DNA of 64,000 bases, from contig CALBSO010000143.1 of the NCBI GenBank assembly GCA_937968015.1, forward strand, positions 31,346 through 95,345. The letters run 5' to 3'. The notes under the pieces are model-generated. The model did no database searches, was not told the DNA's origin, and was given only the letters and a program-made list of their open reading frames with translations. Both the position numbers and the translations under genes were made by a program. Numbering within the stretch: position 1 is the stretch's first letter; every line of letters starts with the position of its first letter. Positions 36,899 through 44,810 of this stretch are shown piece after piece. Origin of the DNA: an uncultured Thermomicrobia bacterium. Its GTDB lineage: Bacteria; Chloroflexota; Chloroflexia; Thermomicrobiales; JALYUS01.

Positions 36899-37645
36899 TT
36901 GATCGAGGTTCGTAATCTGACAAAGTCGTACATGACTGGCGAATTTGAATTGCAAATCTTAAAGGGCATCTCGTTTTCGGTCAACGATGGCGAACTCTGC
37001 GCGATCATGGGGCCGTCCGGATCGGGCAAGAGCACGCTCATGAATATTCTCGGCTGTCTCGACACGCCGACCGACGGGGAATACCTGCTGGATGGTGAAA
37101 ATGTCGCGACCTTCAATGAGACACGCCTCGCACAGGTGCGGAACCGGAAAATCGGCTTCGTCTTCCAATCCTTCAATTTGTTGAAGCGCACGACCGCGCT
37201 CGATAACGTCGCCCTCCCGCTCCTCTATGCGGGCGTTGAACCGGTTGAGCGGCACGAGCGGGCAATCGCCGCGCTCAATGCCGTGGGGCTTGGCGACCGC
37301 GTGGATCACAAACCGAACCAATTGTCCGGCGGTCAGCAGCAACGGGTTGCCATCGCGCGGTCGCTCGTCACCACGCCGTCCTTGATCCTCGCGGATGAAC
37401 CAACCGGAAACCTCGACTCCCGATCATCGGTCGAGGTGATGGACATCTTTCAGCGGCTCAATCTCCAACTTGGCATTACGGTCATGTTTGTGACGCACGA
37501 GCCGGAGATCGCCGAGTACACCCGGCGCGTGCTGCGCATTCGGGACGGGTATCTCGGTGCGGATGAAACGATAGACGAGCCTCGGTCCGCCGCCGCCGAA
37601 ATTGCCGCTCGCACGGAAGTCATTCCGTTCCCGGTGACTGTCTAG
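36899..37645 (+). CDS. ABC transporter ATP-binding protein, MacB/LolD-type
   Basis: [12 protein letters not shown] Walker [16 protein letters not shown] signature, [11 protein letters not shown] Walker B. 248 aa with no fused or adjacent FtsX-type permease. Confidence 0.9.
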   Translation: MIEVRNLTKSYMTGEFELQILKGISFSVNDGELCAIMGPSGSGKSTLMNILGCLDTPTDGEYLLDGENVATFNETRLAQVRNRKIGFVFQSFNLLKRTTALDNVALPLLYAGVEPVERHERAIAALNAVGLGDRVDHKPNQLSGGQQQRVAIARSLVTTPSLILADEPTGNLDSRSSVEVMDIFQRLNLQLGITVMFVTHEPEIAEYTRRVLRIRDGYLGADETIDEPRSAAAEIAARTEVIPFPVTV

Positions 37646-37737
37646 AGGCTCTTGGTTGTGCCTGACCCTATGGACAACGCCACGACGGATATTAAGAGAG
37701 GCGTTGCGTATGAATGAGAGTGGGAAGGTGAGCGCAG

Positions 37738-38586
37738 ATGCGTCGTCGTGCTGCCACGGTGCTGATTATCGCAGTTGCTGCCGCGGCATTCGTGGGGACC
37801 TGGACCGTGGCATACCGTATGGGCGAATCTGACGGGCGTGCGAAGGTTTCGGCGGACCGGAGCGCGTTCCAAACGCGGGCAGCGGGCAACCCGCAAGGAA
37901 GCGCGACCGGCGGACTACCCGGCGGGACACCAAGAACGCGCGCCGCCGCTGGGTCAGCCGTTGCGGATACAGGCACGCCGTCCGCCGGTAGTGGGTCGAG
38001 CGTGCGCGGTTCGCGGGGTGCGGCTGGCAGTCCTGCGGCCTCGGGCACTGGGCGCCCCTCCGGTGCAGCCACGAGTAGTATTGCCGGCCGTGTGACGAAG
38101 ATTGATGGGACGACGGTCATCGTGCAACAGACGGATACCTCGGTCGTAACGGTGACGACGACGAGTGACACCGCGATCAGGAAACTTGTCTCCGGTGTGT
38201 TCAGCGATCTAAAGACGGGTGATGTCATCGCGGTTGATGGCGCCAAGACGGGCGATGCCGCGTACAACGCCAAGATGATCACGAGCCTTGGTCAAATCAC
38301 GGGCGGAGGAGCGGGTCGGCCGGCGAATGTGCTGCCGCAGGGTGTGACTGGGCCGGTAGTGACAGGCCAAATCACGCGCATAGACGGCGGGACGATCACG
38401 GTGCAAGGTTTCGATGGCGCGACCGTGACCATCATTTCCTCGCCCGCGACCGTCGTCAAGACGCAGCAACCGGGGACATTGAGCGACATCAAAAGCGGCG
38501 ATCTGTTGCTCGTAGTCGGTGAGAAGTCCGGCGATACGGGGTTCGTCGCACGGAGTATCACGAATCAAGGCGCGTCGTCCGGATGA
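37738..38586 (+). CDS. Membrane-anchored or secreted protein with low-complexity linker and two tandem ~70-aa beta-rich repeats (DUF5666-like)
   Basis: N-terminal TM or signal VLIIAVAAAAFVG and a Gly/Ser/Ala/Pro-rich linker. Repeat 1 (38086-38292) is GRVTKIDGTTVIVQQ...DLKTGDVIAVDG. Repeat 2 (38365-38571) is GQITRIDGGTITVQG...DIKSGDLLLVVG. Confidence 0.65.
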   Translation: MRRRAATVLIIAVAAAAFVGTWTVAYRMGESDGRAKVSADRSAFQTRAAGNPQGSATGGLPGGTPRTRAAAGSAVADTGTPSAGSGSSVRGSRGAAGSPAASGTGRPSGAATSSIAGRVTKIDGTTVIVQQTDTSVVTVTTTSDTAIRKLVSGVFSDLKTGDVIAVDGAKTGDAAYNAKMITSLGQITGGGAGRPANVLPQGVTGPVVTGQITRIDGGTITVQGFDGATVTIISSPATVVKTQQPGTLSDIKSGDLLLVVGEKSGDTGFVARSITNQGASSG

Positions 38587-38612
38587 CGACCGACGTGTGG
38601 AAGTAGGGCGAT

Positions 38613-39299
38613 ATGGTACGGACAATCCTCGTCGTTGATGACGAACCGAATATCACGCGTTTGCTCGGCATGTATCTCACCAAGGAAGGCTATACCGTCG
38701 AAACTGCCGCCGACGGCGCTGCCGCTGTGGCGAAGGCGCGCGCGACGCATTACGCGCTGATCCTGCTCGATCTGATGCTCCCTGGTATGGACGGATTGGA
38801 AGCGTGCCGGACGATTCGGCGCACGAGTGACGTGCCAATTATTATGCTCACCGCGCGCTCCGAGGATGTGGACAAGATCGTTGGCCTCGAAGTTGGCGCG
38901 GACGATTACGTGACCAAGCCATTCAACCCACGCGAACTCGTCGCGCGCGTCAAGGCAGTGCTGCGTCGGTACGAAGCGGCGGCATCGCCGGAGCGGCAAG
39001 TCCTGACGGTCGGCGACCTCACGATTGATCTTGATCGGCGCGAAGTGCGTGTCGGTGACGAATTCGTCGAGGTACGGGCGAAAGAGTTCGCGCTCCTCGT
39101 CGCCCTCGCACGGCGGCCCGGCGTCGTCGTCCCGCGTGACCGACTGCTCAATGATGTGTGGGGATACGAATACAGCGTGGACACGCGAACCGTGGACGTG
39201 CATATCTCGACCCTTCGTGACCGGATCATCAACGCCAGCGCGCGGATCGAGACCGTCTGGGGTGTTGGATACAAATTGGTGGCGGACAGCAAACCCTGA
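38613..39299 (+). CDS. OmpR/PhoB-family response regulator
   Basis: ILVVDDEPNI, LILLDLMLPGMDG (phospho-Asp), a KPF block, and a winged-helix C-terminus VDVHISTLRDRI...IETVWGVGYKL. Confidence 0.92.
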   Translation: MVRTILVVDDEPNITRLLGMYLTKEGYTVETAADGAAAVAKARATHYALILLDLMLPGMDGLEACRTIRRTSDVPIIMLTARSEDVDKIVGLEVGADDYVTKPFNPRELVARVKAVLRRYEAAASPERQVLTVGDLTIDLDRREVRVGDEFVEVRAKEFALLVALARRPGVVVPRDRLLNDVWGYEYSVDTRTVDVHISTLRDRIINASARIETVWGVGYKLVADSKP

Positions 39300-39326
39300 C
39301 AGTGGGACTATCCCCGCGCGCATGCG

Positions 39327-39356
39327 AAAAAGACGGCCAACTGGCCGTCTTTGTCT
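39327..39356. terminator. Bidirectional rho-independent terminator
   Basis: AAAGACGGCC-aact-GGCCGTCTTT, flanked by an A-run on one side and a T-run on the other. Serves the response-regulator operon (+) and tRNA-Asn (-). Confidence 0.7.
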
Positions 39357-39362
39357 CTTCAA

Positions 39363-39437
39363 TGGCTCCCGGACCAGGATTCGAACCTGGAACCTAGCGG
39401 TTAACAGCCGCGCGCTCTACCGTTGAGCTATCCGGGA
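39363..39437 (-). tRNA. tRNA-Asn (anticodon GTT)
   Basis: Reverse strand: acceptor TCCCGGA/TCCGGGA, D arm GCTC-AACGGTA-GAGC, anticodon loop CTGTTAA, T arm CCAGG-TTCGAAT-CCTGG, encoded CCA. One 27:43 mismatch in the anticodon stem. Confidence 0.85.
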
Positions 39438-39457
39438 ACGGTCGTCCCACGGGCGGC

Positions 39458-39486
39458 ATCCTACCATGTCTTTGCTCGCGCGGCAA
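39458..39486 (-). promoter_or_regulatory. Promoter for tRNA-Asn (TTGCCG-17nt-TGgTAGGAT)
   Basis: Reverse strand reads TTGCCG cgcgagcaaagacatgg TAGGAT. The -10 element ends 20 nt upstream of the tRNA 5-prime end. Same architecture as the other stable-RNA promoters in this window. Confidence 0.5.
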
Positions 39487-39489
39487 GAC

Positions 39490-39987
39490 CTATGATTGGC
39501 CGTCCGCCTCAAGCGCGTCGCGCACGAACTCCGCGTGGCCTTGCGGCTTGACGTTGAAATAGACGGCTTGCACGGCCCCGTCGGCGTCAACGACGAAGGT
39601 GCTGCGCGCCACACCCATATAGGTCTTGCCATACATGCTTTTTTCGACCCACACGCCGTGCTTCTGTGCCGTTGTTGCCCCTTCATCCGAGAGGAAGAGG
39701 AAGGGCAACGCATTGTTTGCCTGGAAGGTGTGCAGTGGCGCGATGGGGTCGGGGCTGATGCCGACGACCCGGTAGCCCAAACGGTCAAAATCGGCCTTCA
39801 GATCACGGAAGGCCACTGCTTCAACCGTTCAGCCATCGGTGTTCGCTTTCGGGAAGTAGAAGAGGACCATTCCCCGGTGGTCACGGATAAGATCGGCGAC
39901 GGAATGCGTCGCGCCGTCGGTGCCAGGCAGGGTGAAATCAGGCAGCGGTCCACTGACCTGCGGTAGCGTGGCTGCGGAATCTCCCAA
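39490..39987 (-). CDS. bcp: Bcp-type peroxiredoxin with in-frame UGA (putative selenocysteine) at the peroxidatic position
   Basis: Reverse-strand translation from TTG 39987 (AGGAGG 5 nt upstream; an in-frame TAG five codons further upstream limits the N-terminus) gives LGDSAATLPQVSGPLPDFTLPGTDGATHSVADLIRDHRGMVLFYFPKANTDG-[TGA 39831-39829]-TVEAVAFRDLKADFDRLGYRVVGISPD.... The TGA occupies the Cys of the universal PxxxTxxC Prx motif. The ORF track shows only the 108 codons after the TGA. Confidence 0.8.
39780..39829 (-). promoter_or_regulatory. SECIS-like stem-loop immediately 3-prime of the UGA
   Basis: The RNA reads UGA-ACGGUUGAAGCAGU-GGCCUUC-CGUGAUCU-GAAGGCC-GAUUUUG-ACCGUU. It has a 7-bp perfect upper stem with an 8-nt loop containing GU 22-29 nt after the UGA, and a 6-bp lower stem AACGGU/ACCGUU that starts at the A of UGA. 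Wobble pairs bridge the two stems. Confidence 0.7.
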
Positions 39988-40012
39988 GATGTCCTCCTAC
40001 GATGCTGCGAGT

Positions 40013-40058
40013 CGCGACTCGGCGCACGCGACTCGTCCAATCCCCGATACGCGACTCG
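40013..40058. repeat. Three direct copies of CGCGACTCG in the SBP-bcp intergenic region
   Basis: Copies at 40013-40021, 40027-40035 and 40050-40058. The first is part of the perfect palindrome GAGTCGCGACTC. Confidence 0.8.
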
Positions 40059-40059
40059 G

Positions 40060-41571
40060 CTATTTTTTGACCGCTTCCGCGAAGGCTTGCTCCATCTTCG
40101 TTTGGGCGGCCTTTGCGGCATCCTGCGGGGATTTCCCGCTGACGACAACGTCCTGGAGCATCTCCGAGTAGATGCGCTTCTGTCCGGTGGCGCTCATCTG
40201 GGTGAGCAAGTCCGGCGTCGGTTGTGCCGGAAGCCACGTCGGTTTCGCGTTCGTGATGCCAGCAGGGAAGGCATCGAAGTAGGGCCGGTCCTTCCAGAAC
40301 TTGGCATTCGCGAGGTCCTTGTAGACCGGATACCAACGGCCTCCGACCTTTTCGTAGACCGCTTCGACCTTGTCCGGCTTCATGATCTCACGAATCATTG
40401 CCTTTGCGGCGTCCACCTGCTTCGAGGCGGAGAAGACGGACCATGACCATGTCCCAAGCGAGGAACCGGTCTGCCCCGACTTCCCTTTCGGGTTTGCTGC
40501 CTGCGTGGTGTCTTTCAGGAGTTCCTTATCGTTTTGATCGAGATAGGCGAAGATCGAGGCGGGATTGAAGACGAAGCAAGACTGGCGGGACTGATAGGAT
40601 TTGTTATTGCTACTATCATCCCATGACGGCGAATCCTGCGGAATCAATTTGTCCTTCCACCACGTCTGCACTCTGGTCAGCGCGGAAATCGTCCCGTCAT
40701 TGTTGATCGCAGGCTTGCCGTCTTTGTCCACCAGCGTGCCGCCATCCGCGAGGAGCAACTGTTGGATGTTGCCGTCACCGTCCGGCGTGCGGCCGAGGGT
40801 GAAGCCGATGCCGTAGAGTTTCGGCGGACTATTGACCTTTCGCGCGATCTGCTCCAACGCATCCCACGTATCGGGCGCCTGCCGGTTGCCGGTGGCCTTT
40901 TCAATCAGATCGAGACGCGCATAGGTGACGGAGAGGTCCGCCTGCATCGGAATCGAGTACGTCTTGCCGTTGACCTGCACGTACGGCAGCAGTTGCTCGT
41001 AGATGCCGCCACCCAGACCCTTGACGTCGTTGTAGACGTCGGAAAGATCGGCGAGCCGATTTTGCGCCGCATAGTAGATCGTGTTCGTCCCGCTCAACAT
41101 GACGACATCAGGGATCGCACCCGTCTCAATGGCGCCGGCAACTTTGGAGTCGTAGCTGGAGCCATCGAGTGGGACGTATTCCACGCTCACGTTATTTGCC
41201 TTACCCCAGTCGGCCATCTGTTGACCGAGCAGCGCGTCGCCGTCCTTCGTGAAGGAGACGATGCCCCACGCCGTCATCTTGCCGCTGAAGGACTTCACTG
41301 CTGTCGGCGCGACCGCAACCGCCGATCCCGTCGTGGCGGGCGCGGTCGTTCCGGCAGCGGCAGGCGGTTTCGTCGCGGCGGCCGCGCTGCCGCTCGGCGC
41401 GGTCGTTGCTGATGCGCCCGCGGTGGTCGCCGCCGGTTTCGGGGTATCCGTGGCGCTCGATCCGCCGCAGGCGGCAAGGACTGTGCTGACTGCGGCGGTG
41501 GCAGCCGTTGCCGCGACACCGCGCAGGAGCGTGCGACGGCTCGTCATAGTGGTTTGAAGTCGGTCGAACAT
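40060..41571 (-). CDS. Sugar ABC transporter substrate-binding lipoprotein (family 1 SBP) with Tat-type signal
   Basis: MFDRLQTTMTSRRTLLRGVAATAATAA...VLAACGG carries a twin-arginine motif plus lipobox, followed by a Thr/Ala/Pro linker and an SBP_bac_1-like body. GGAGGA lies 8 nt before ATG 41571. Confidence 0.85.
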   Translation of the reverse strand: MFDRLQTTMTSRRTLLRGVAATAATAAVSTVLAACGGSSATDTPKPAATTAGASATTAPSGSAAAATKPPAAAGTTAPATTGSAVAVAPTAVKSFSGKMTAWGIVSFTKDGDALLGQQMADWGKANNVSVEYVPLDGSSYDSKVAGAIETGAIPDVVMLSGTNTIYYAAQNRLADLSDVYNDVKGLGGGIYEQLLPYVQVNGKTYSIPMQADLSVTYARLDLIEKATGNRQAPDTWDALEQIARKVNSPPKLYGIGFTLGRTPDGDGNIQQLLLADGGTLVDKDGKPAINNDGTISALTRVQTWWKDKLIPQDSPSWDDSSNNKSYQSRQSCFVFNPASIFAYLDQNDKELLKDTTQAANPKGKSGQTGSSLGTWSWSVFSASKQVDAAKAMIREIMKPDKVEAVYEKVGGRWYPVYKDLANAKFWKDRPYFDAFPAGITNAKPTWLPAQPTPDLLTQMSATGQKRIYSEMLQDVVVSGKSPQDAAKAAQTKMEQAFAEAVKK

Positions 41572-41644
41572 CGTCAGTATCCTCCTTTTGTTCCATGACA
41601 CATGACCCAACGACGTGCCCTGTTCGGGCTTTGCCTCTCTCCGT

Positions 41645-42529
41645 TTACCCTTTCACCGCCCCGCCGGAGAGACCGGAGACGACCCACTTCTGCGCGATCA
41701 GGTAGACAAGAATCGGGGGCGCCGAGGAGAGAATGGACATCGCCATCAAGGCCCCCCACTGGAAGACATCCCCATTGATCAGACCCCCTAAGCCTGCCGG
41801 GATCGTCTTCTCGGAGTCCTTCGTCACGAGCAGCAGGGCAAAGAAGAACTCATTCCACGCGTTCGTGAATGCGAACAAGGCGATCACCGCGAGGGCGGGT
41901 AAGGCGAGGGGAATAATGATGCGCACCAGTGATTGCAGCCGGGTCGCCCCATCCACCAGCGCCGCGTCTTCCAGTTCCACCGGGATCGTGTTGAAGTACG
42001 AAATCGCCAGCCAGGTGCAGAAGGGGACGGTAAAGATCAGATAAATCGCGATCAACCCGGAGGCCTTGTTCGTCAGGTGCAGTTGCAGCGCGATCTGGGT
42101 GATCGGGATGAAGAGCAGCGCGCCGGGCACGAGATAGGTGACGATAATGGCGCGGGCCATAAACGTCCGGCCACGAAAGCGGAGACGAGTCATCGCGTAG
42201 GCCGACAGCACCCCGATCACCATCGCGATCAGGGTGGTACCGATCGAGACGAAGAGGCTGTTCTTGATATAGGTCAGGAATTTCGTTTTGTGAATCACCT
42301 CGCTATAGTGCTGGCCCGTGATATGCGTTGGGAAGAGCGATGCCTGCTGATAAAGGTCCTTATTCGTCTTGAGTGAGGTTTCGATGATCCACACAAATGG
42401 GAAGAGCGTCCAGAGCGTGAAGATGCTCAGCCCGATCACCATCACCACGGTCCGCACGCCGTTCCGCGCCCACCAGGTACTCGCGGCATGCCGTTCGGTC
42501 TGAGATCGTGCCCGTGCAGCAATCGCCAT
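41645..42529 (-). CDS. Carbohydrate ABC transporter permease (MalG-like)
   Basis: Six hydrophobic segments and the EAA-type loop LEDAALVDGATRLQSLVRIIIPLALP. Confidence 0.88.
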   Translation of the reverse strand: MAIAARARSQTERHAASTWWARNGVRTVVMVIGLSIFTLWTLFPFVWIIETSLKTNKDLYQQASLFPTHITGQHYSEVIHKTKFLTYIKNSLFVSIGTTLIAMVIGVLSAYAMTRLRFRGRTFMARAIIVTYLVPGALLFIPITQIALQLHLTNKASGLIAIYLIFTVPFCTWLAISYFNTIPVELEDAALVDGATRLQSLVRIIIPLALPALAVIALFAFTNAWNEFFFALLLVTKDSEKTIPAGLGGLINGDVFQWGALMAMSILSSAPPILVYLIAQKWVVSGLSGGAVKG

Positions 42530-42545
42530 GCGAACCTCCGCCGCG

Positions 42546-43502
42546 CTACGCGCGCCCCTCGGTCGAGAGCATCCGTTTGGTCAGGAAGACGATCGCCACG
42601 ATGAAGAGCGGGAAGAACATCACCGAGACCGCCGCCGCCGTCCCCAACTGCCGCGCCCCGTCAATGCCGATCTCATACGCGAGCATCGGGAAGGTCATCG
42701 TCGCGTTGGCCGGTCCACCGCGCGTGAGGACGAAGACGAAGTTGACGCTGTTCGCCGTCCAGATCGTCGACAAGAGGCAGGTGATGATGAGGACCGGTTT
42801 CAGGCTCGGCAGAGTGATAAAGACGAAGCGCTGGAAGACATTCGCGCCATCCATCGCCGCTGCTTCGTACTGCTCGCGCGGGATTGCCTGCATCCCGGCG
42901 AGGAGCATCATCGTGTAGAAGGGCGTCCCCTGCCAGACGACGACGACGATCACTGACCAGAGCGCCAGGCGCGGGTTGGCGAGGAACTGGGTCAGGGTGT
43001 CCTTCTGCAGATAGTTGATCCGGATCAGGTTCAAGAGACCGTTCGGCGTGCCGTCGTAAATCCACCGCCAGGTGAGGGCGGTGATCAGCGTCGGCATCGC
43101 CCAGGGCAAAAAGAGCAGGGCGCGCATGACCATCCGCCCGCGAAACCGCTCGTTGAGCAGCAGCGCCATGCACATGCCGAGCGACACCTTCACGGCAATG
43201 GCGACCGCGGTGTAGACGAACGAGACCCAGACGGACTTGCGGAAGACCGCGCCGTACTGCGCGCCGACGAGGAGATCACGGTAATTCCGCACGCCGACCC
43301 AGGTCGCCGGACCACCGACGACCTTGTGCTGCAAACTGAGGATGATGGCCGCGACGAAGGGATAGGCGATCAGGACGACCAGCACCACGGTCAGCGGCAG
43401 CAGGAAGAGCCAGGCGAGCCGCCAGTCGCGCCCGAGCAGTCGCTGGCTCACTGATCGTGGGGAGACCGCTGCGGTGCGCTTACCGAGCGAGATCGTCGCC
43501 AT
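42546..43502 (-). CDS. Carbohydrate ABC transporter permease (MalF-like)
   Basis: EAA-type loop YEAAAMDGANVFQRFVFITLPSLKP. ATG 43502 is preferred because AAGGAG lies upstream. Confidence 0.88.
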   Translation of the reverse strand: MATISLGKRTAAVSPRSVSQRLLGRDWRLAWLFLLPLTVVLVVLIAYPFVAAIILSLQHKVVGGPATWVGVRNYRDLLVGAQYGAVFRKSVWVSFVYTAVAIAVKVSLGMCMALLLNERFRGRMVMRALLFLPWAMPTLITALTWRWIYDGTPNGLLNLIRINYLQKDTLTQFLANPRLALWSVIVVVVWQGTPFYTMMLLAGMQAIPREQYEAAAMDGANVFQRFVFITLPSLKPVLIITCLLSTIWTANSVNFVFVLTRGGPANATMTFPMLAYEIGIDGARQLGTAAAVSVMFFPLFIVAIVFLTKRMLSTEGRA

Positions 43503-43795
43503 CAGCCTGACTCTCCTTCGGTTCGCGTTCACCACGACGGACCATTCCGACCCGCAGTGTGTTGCCACGTCCCCTCAGATGCAAAGCGTTCTGACGGTAC
43601 GATACGCGACCGACCGATGACACGTCAACAGCGCGCACCAAAACGAGAATGAGGCCCGCGGGGCGAGTACGGTTGCGAAGGAGATCGCTATGCCGTGCCG
43701 ATCACAGAAAGAAACGGACGGCAATCTTCAAGCAGCGATCGGGCGGGGTCAAATGGAAAGAGCGAAGGTTGCGCTCGGTGAGCATGACGGGGAAG

Positions 43796-43872
43796 TGGTA
43801 CGCCCGGAGGGACTCGAACCCCCAACCTTCTGATCCGAAGTCAGACGCTCTGTCCAATTGAGCTACGAGCGC
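43796..43872 (-). tRNA. tRNA-Arg (anticodon TCG)
   Basis: Reverse strand: GCGCTCG-TA-GCTC-AATTGGACA-GAGC-G-TCTGA-CTTCGGA-TCAGA-AGGTT-GGGGG-TTCGAGT-CCCTC-CGGGCGT-A-CCA. Confidence 0.88.
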
Positions 43873-43885
43873 ACTGGAAGGAAAA

Positions 43886-43962
43886 TGGGGTGCCTCACGG
43901 GGCTCGAACCCGTAACATCCGGCTCCACAGGCCGGCGCTCTGCCGATTGAGCTAGAGGCACC
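43886..43962 (-). tRNA. tRNA-His (anticodon GTG) with encoded G-1
   Basis: Reverse strand: G(-1)-GTGCCTC-TA-GCTC...CCGGC-CTGTGGA-GCCGG...ACGGG-TTCGAGC-CCCGT-GAGGCAC-C-CCA. G-1:C73 is the His identity element. Confidence 0.9.
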
Positions 43963-43965
43963 ACA

Positions 43966-44403
43966 GTGCATGCGGGGATGTCAGGCGCGTAAGCCGAGTT
44001 CTGTTGACGCATAAGAATGCGCTGATGACCATCTCTCTCCGTCCCGGCGGACCGGGACGGGCCGCGTCGTCGCCTTCACGGCTGCTCTCGACTTTCGGTC
44101 TCGGCGAGTCACCGTCAGCAACCGGCATCGGCTGCGTGCGACCGGATCGGAGATTGCAGCAGGGAGGATTGCCCGTTTCATCCGGCCCGCCGAAGCGGCC
44201 GACACCGTTTCTGTTGCTCTCGGGCGGTTGCCCGCCCGCCCGCTCCCGCGGGACTGTCAGCGCGATGACGCGCTTCCCCGGCTTTCGCCGGGCACCCTGC
44301 TCTGTGCTGCTCGGACTTTCCTCTCAGGTCTTCACCTGAGCGGCCATCCTGCCCAACACCCCGTATTGCCTTGTCAATGCGCCGTGCCATGTCCCGCATG
44401 CAC
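43966..44403 (-). ncRNA. rnpB: RNase P RNA, bacterial type A
   Basis: The reverse strand contains GAGAGGAAAGUCCGAGC (44312-44323 region, CR-I), ACAGAAACGGUGUC (CR-II-like), GGAUGAAACGGGCAAUCC and ACAGAACUCGGCUUA (43990-44004, CR-V). The proposed P1 pairs 5-prime GUGCAUGCGGG (44403-44393) with CCCGCAUGCAC (43976-43966). Ends are approximate, within about 5 nt. Confidence 0.88.
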
Positions 44404-44418
44404 GGCTTGGATACGAAC

Positions 44419-44505
44419 TGGTGCCGAAGGAGGGATTTGAACCCTCACGCCCCAACGGGCACTACGCCCTGAACGTAGCGCGTCTGCCGATTCCGCCACT
44501 TCGGC
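44419..44505 (-). tRNA. tRNA-Leu (anticodon CAG), long variable arm
   Basis: Reverse strand: acceptor GCCGAAG/CTTCGGC, anticodon stem CTACG/CGTAG with loop TTCAGGG, variable arm TGCCCGTTGGGGCG, T arm GAGGG-TTCAAAT-CCCTC, CCA encoded. Confidence 0.88.
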
Positions 44506-44509
44506 CAAC

Positions 44510-44584
44510 TGGAGCCGACGATCGGATTTGAACCGATGACCTGCTGTTTACGAAACAGCTGCTCTGCCGCTGAGCTACGTCGGC
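44510..44584 (-). tRNA. tRNA-Thr (anticodon CGT)
   Basis: Reverse strand: GCCGACG-TA-GCTC-AGCGGCA-GAGC-A-GCTGT-TTCGTAA-ACAGC-AGGTC-ATCGG-TTCAAAT-CCGAT-CGTCGGC-T-CCA. Confidence 0.9.
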
Positions 44585-44599
44585 GCTATCGCCGCACGG

Positions 44600-44628
44600 A
44601 TTCTACCATGCGACACCAGCGAGCGCAA
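44600..44628 (-). promoter_or_regulatory. Promoter of the tRNA-Thr/Leu-rnpB-tRNA-His/Arg operon (TTGCGC-17nt-TGgTAGAAT)
   Basis: Reverse strand reads TTGCGC tcgctggtgtcgcatgg TAGAAT. The -10 element ends 15 nt upstream of the tRNA-Thr 5-prime end. I see no other promoter-like element between the five RNA genes, whose gaps are 3-16 nt. Confidence 0.55.
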
Positions 44629-44810
44629 GCGGCACCGAAACATCCACCGACCGGATGGCGCCTCCGCATTGCACGCATTTTACCGATAGTCACAGAGCGT
44701 GCCTATCAGTCAGTGCCTCGTGGGCATGCCTGTGTCCGGCCGGCACGCCATTGACTGATCGGCACGGAAGGAATAGACTGGATGGTGGGTTCGTGACAGG
44801 GAGGCGACCG

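Noticed and set aside
39490-39816. Reading the 108-aa Bcp fragment as a truncated pseudogene.
   Set aside because: The upstream sequence stays in frame with a complete Prx N-terminus. The only interruption is a single TGA exactly at the catalytic Cys codon, followed by a SECIS-like hairpin. Selenocysteine recoding explains this better than decay, though resequencing could still overturn it.
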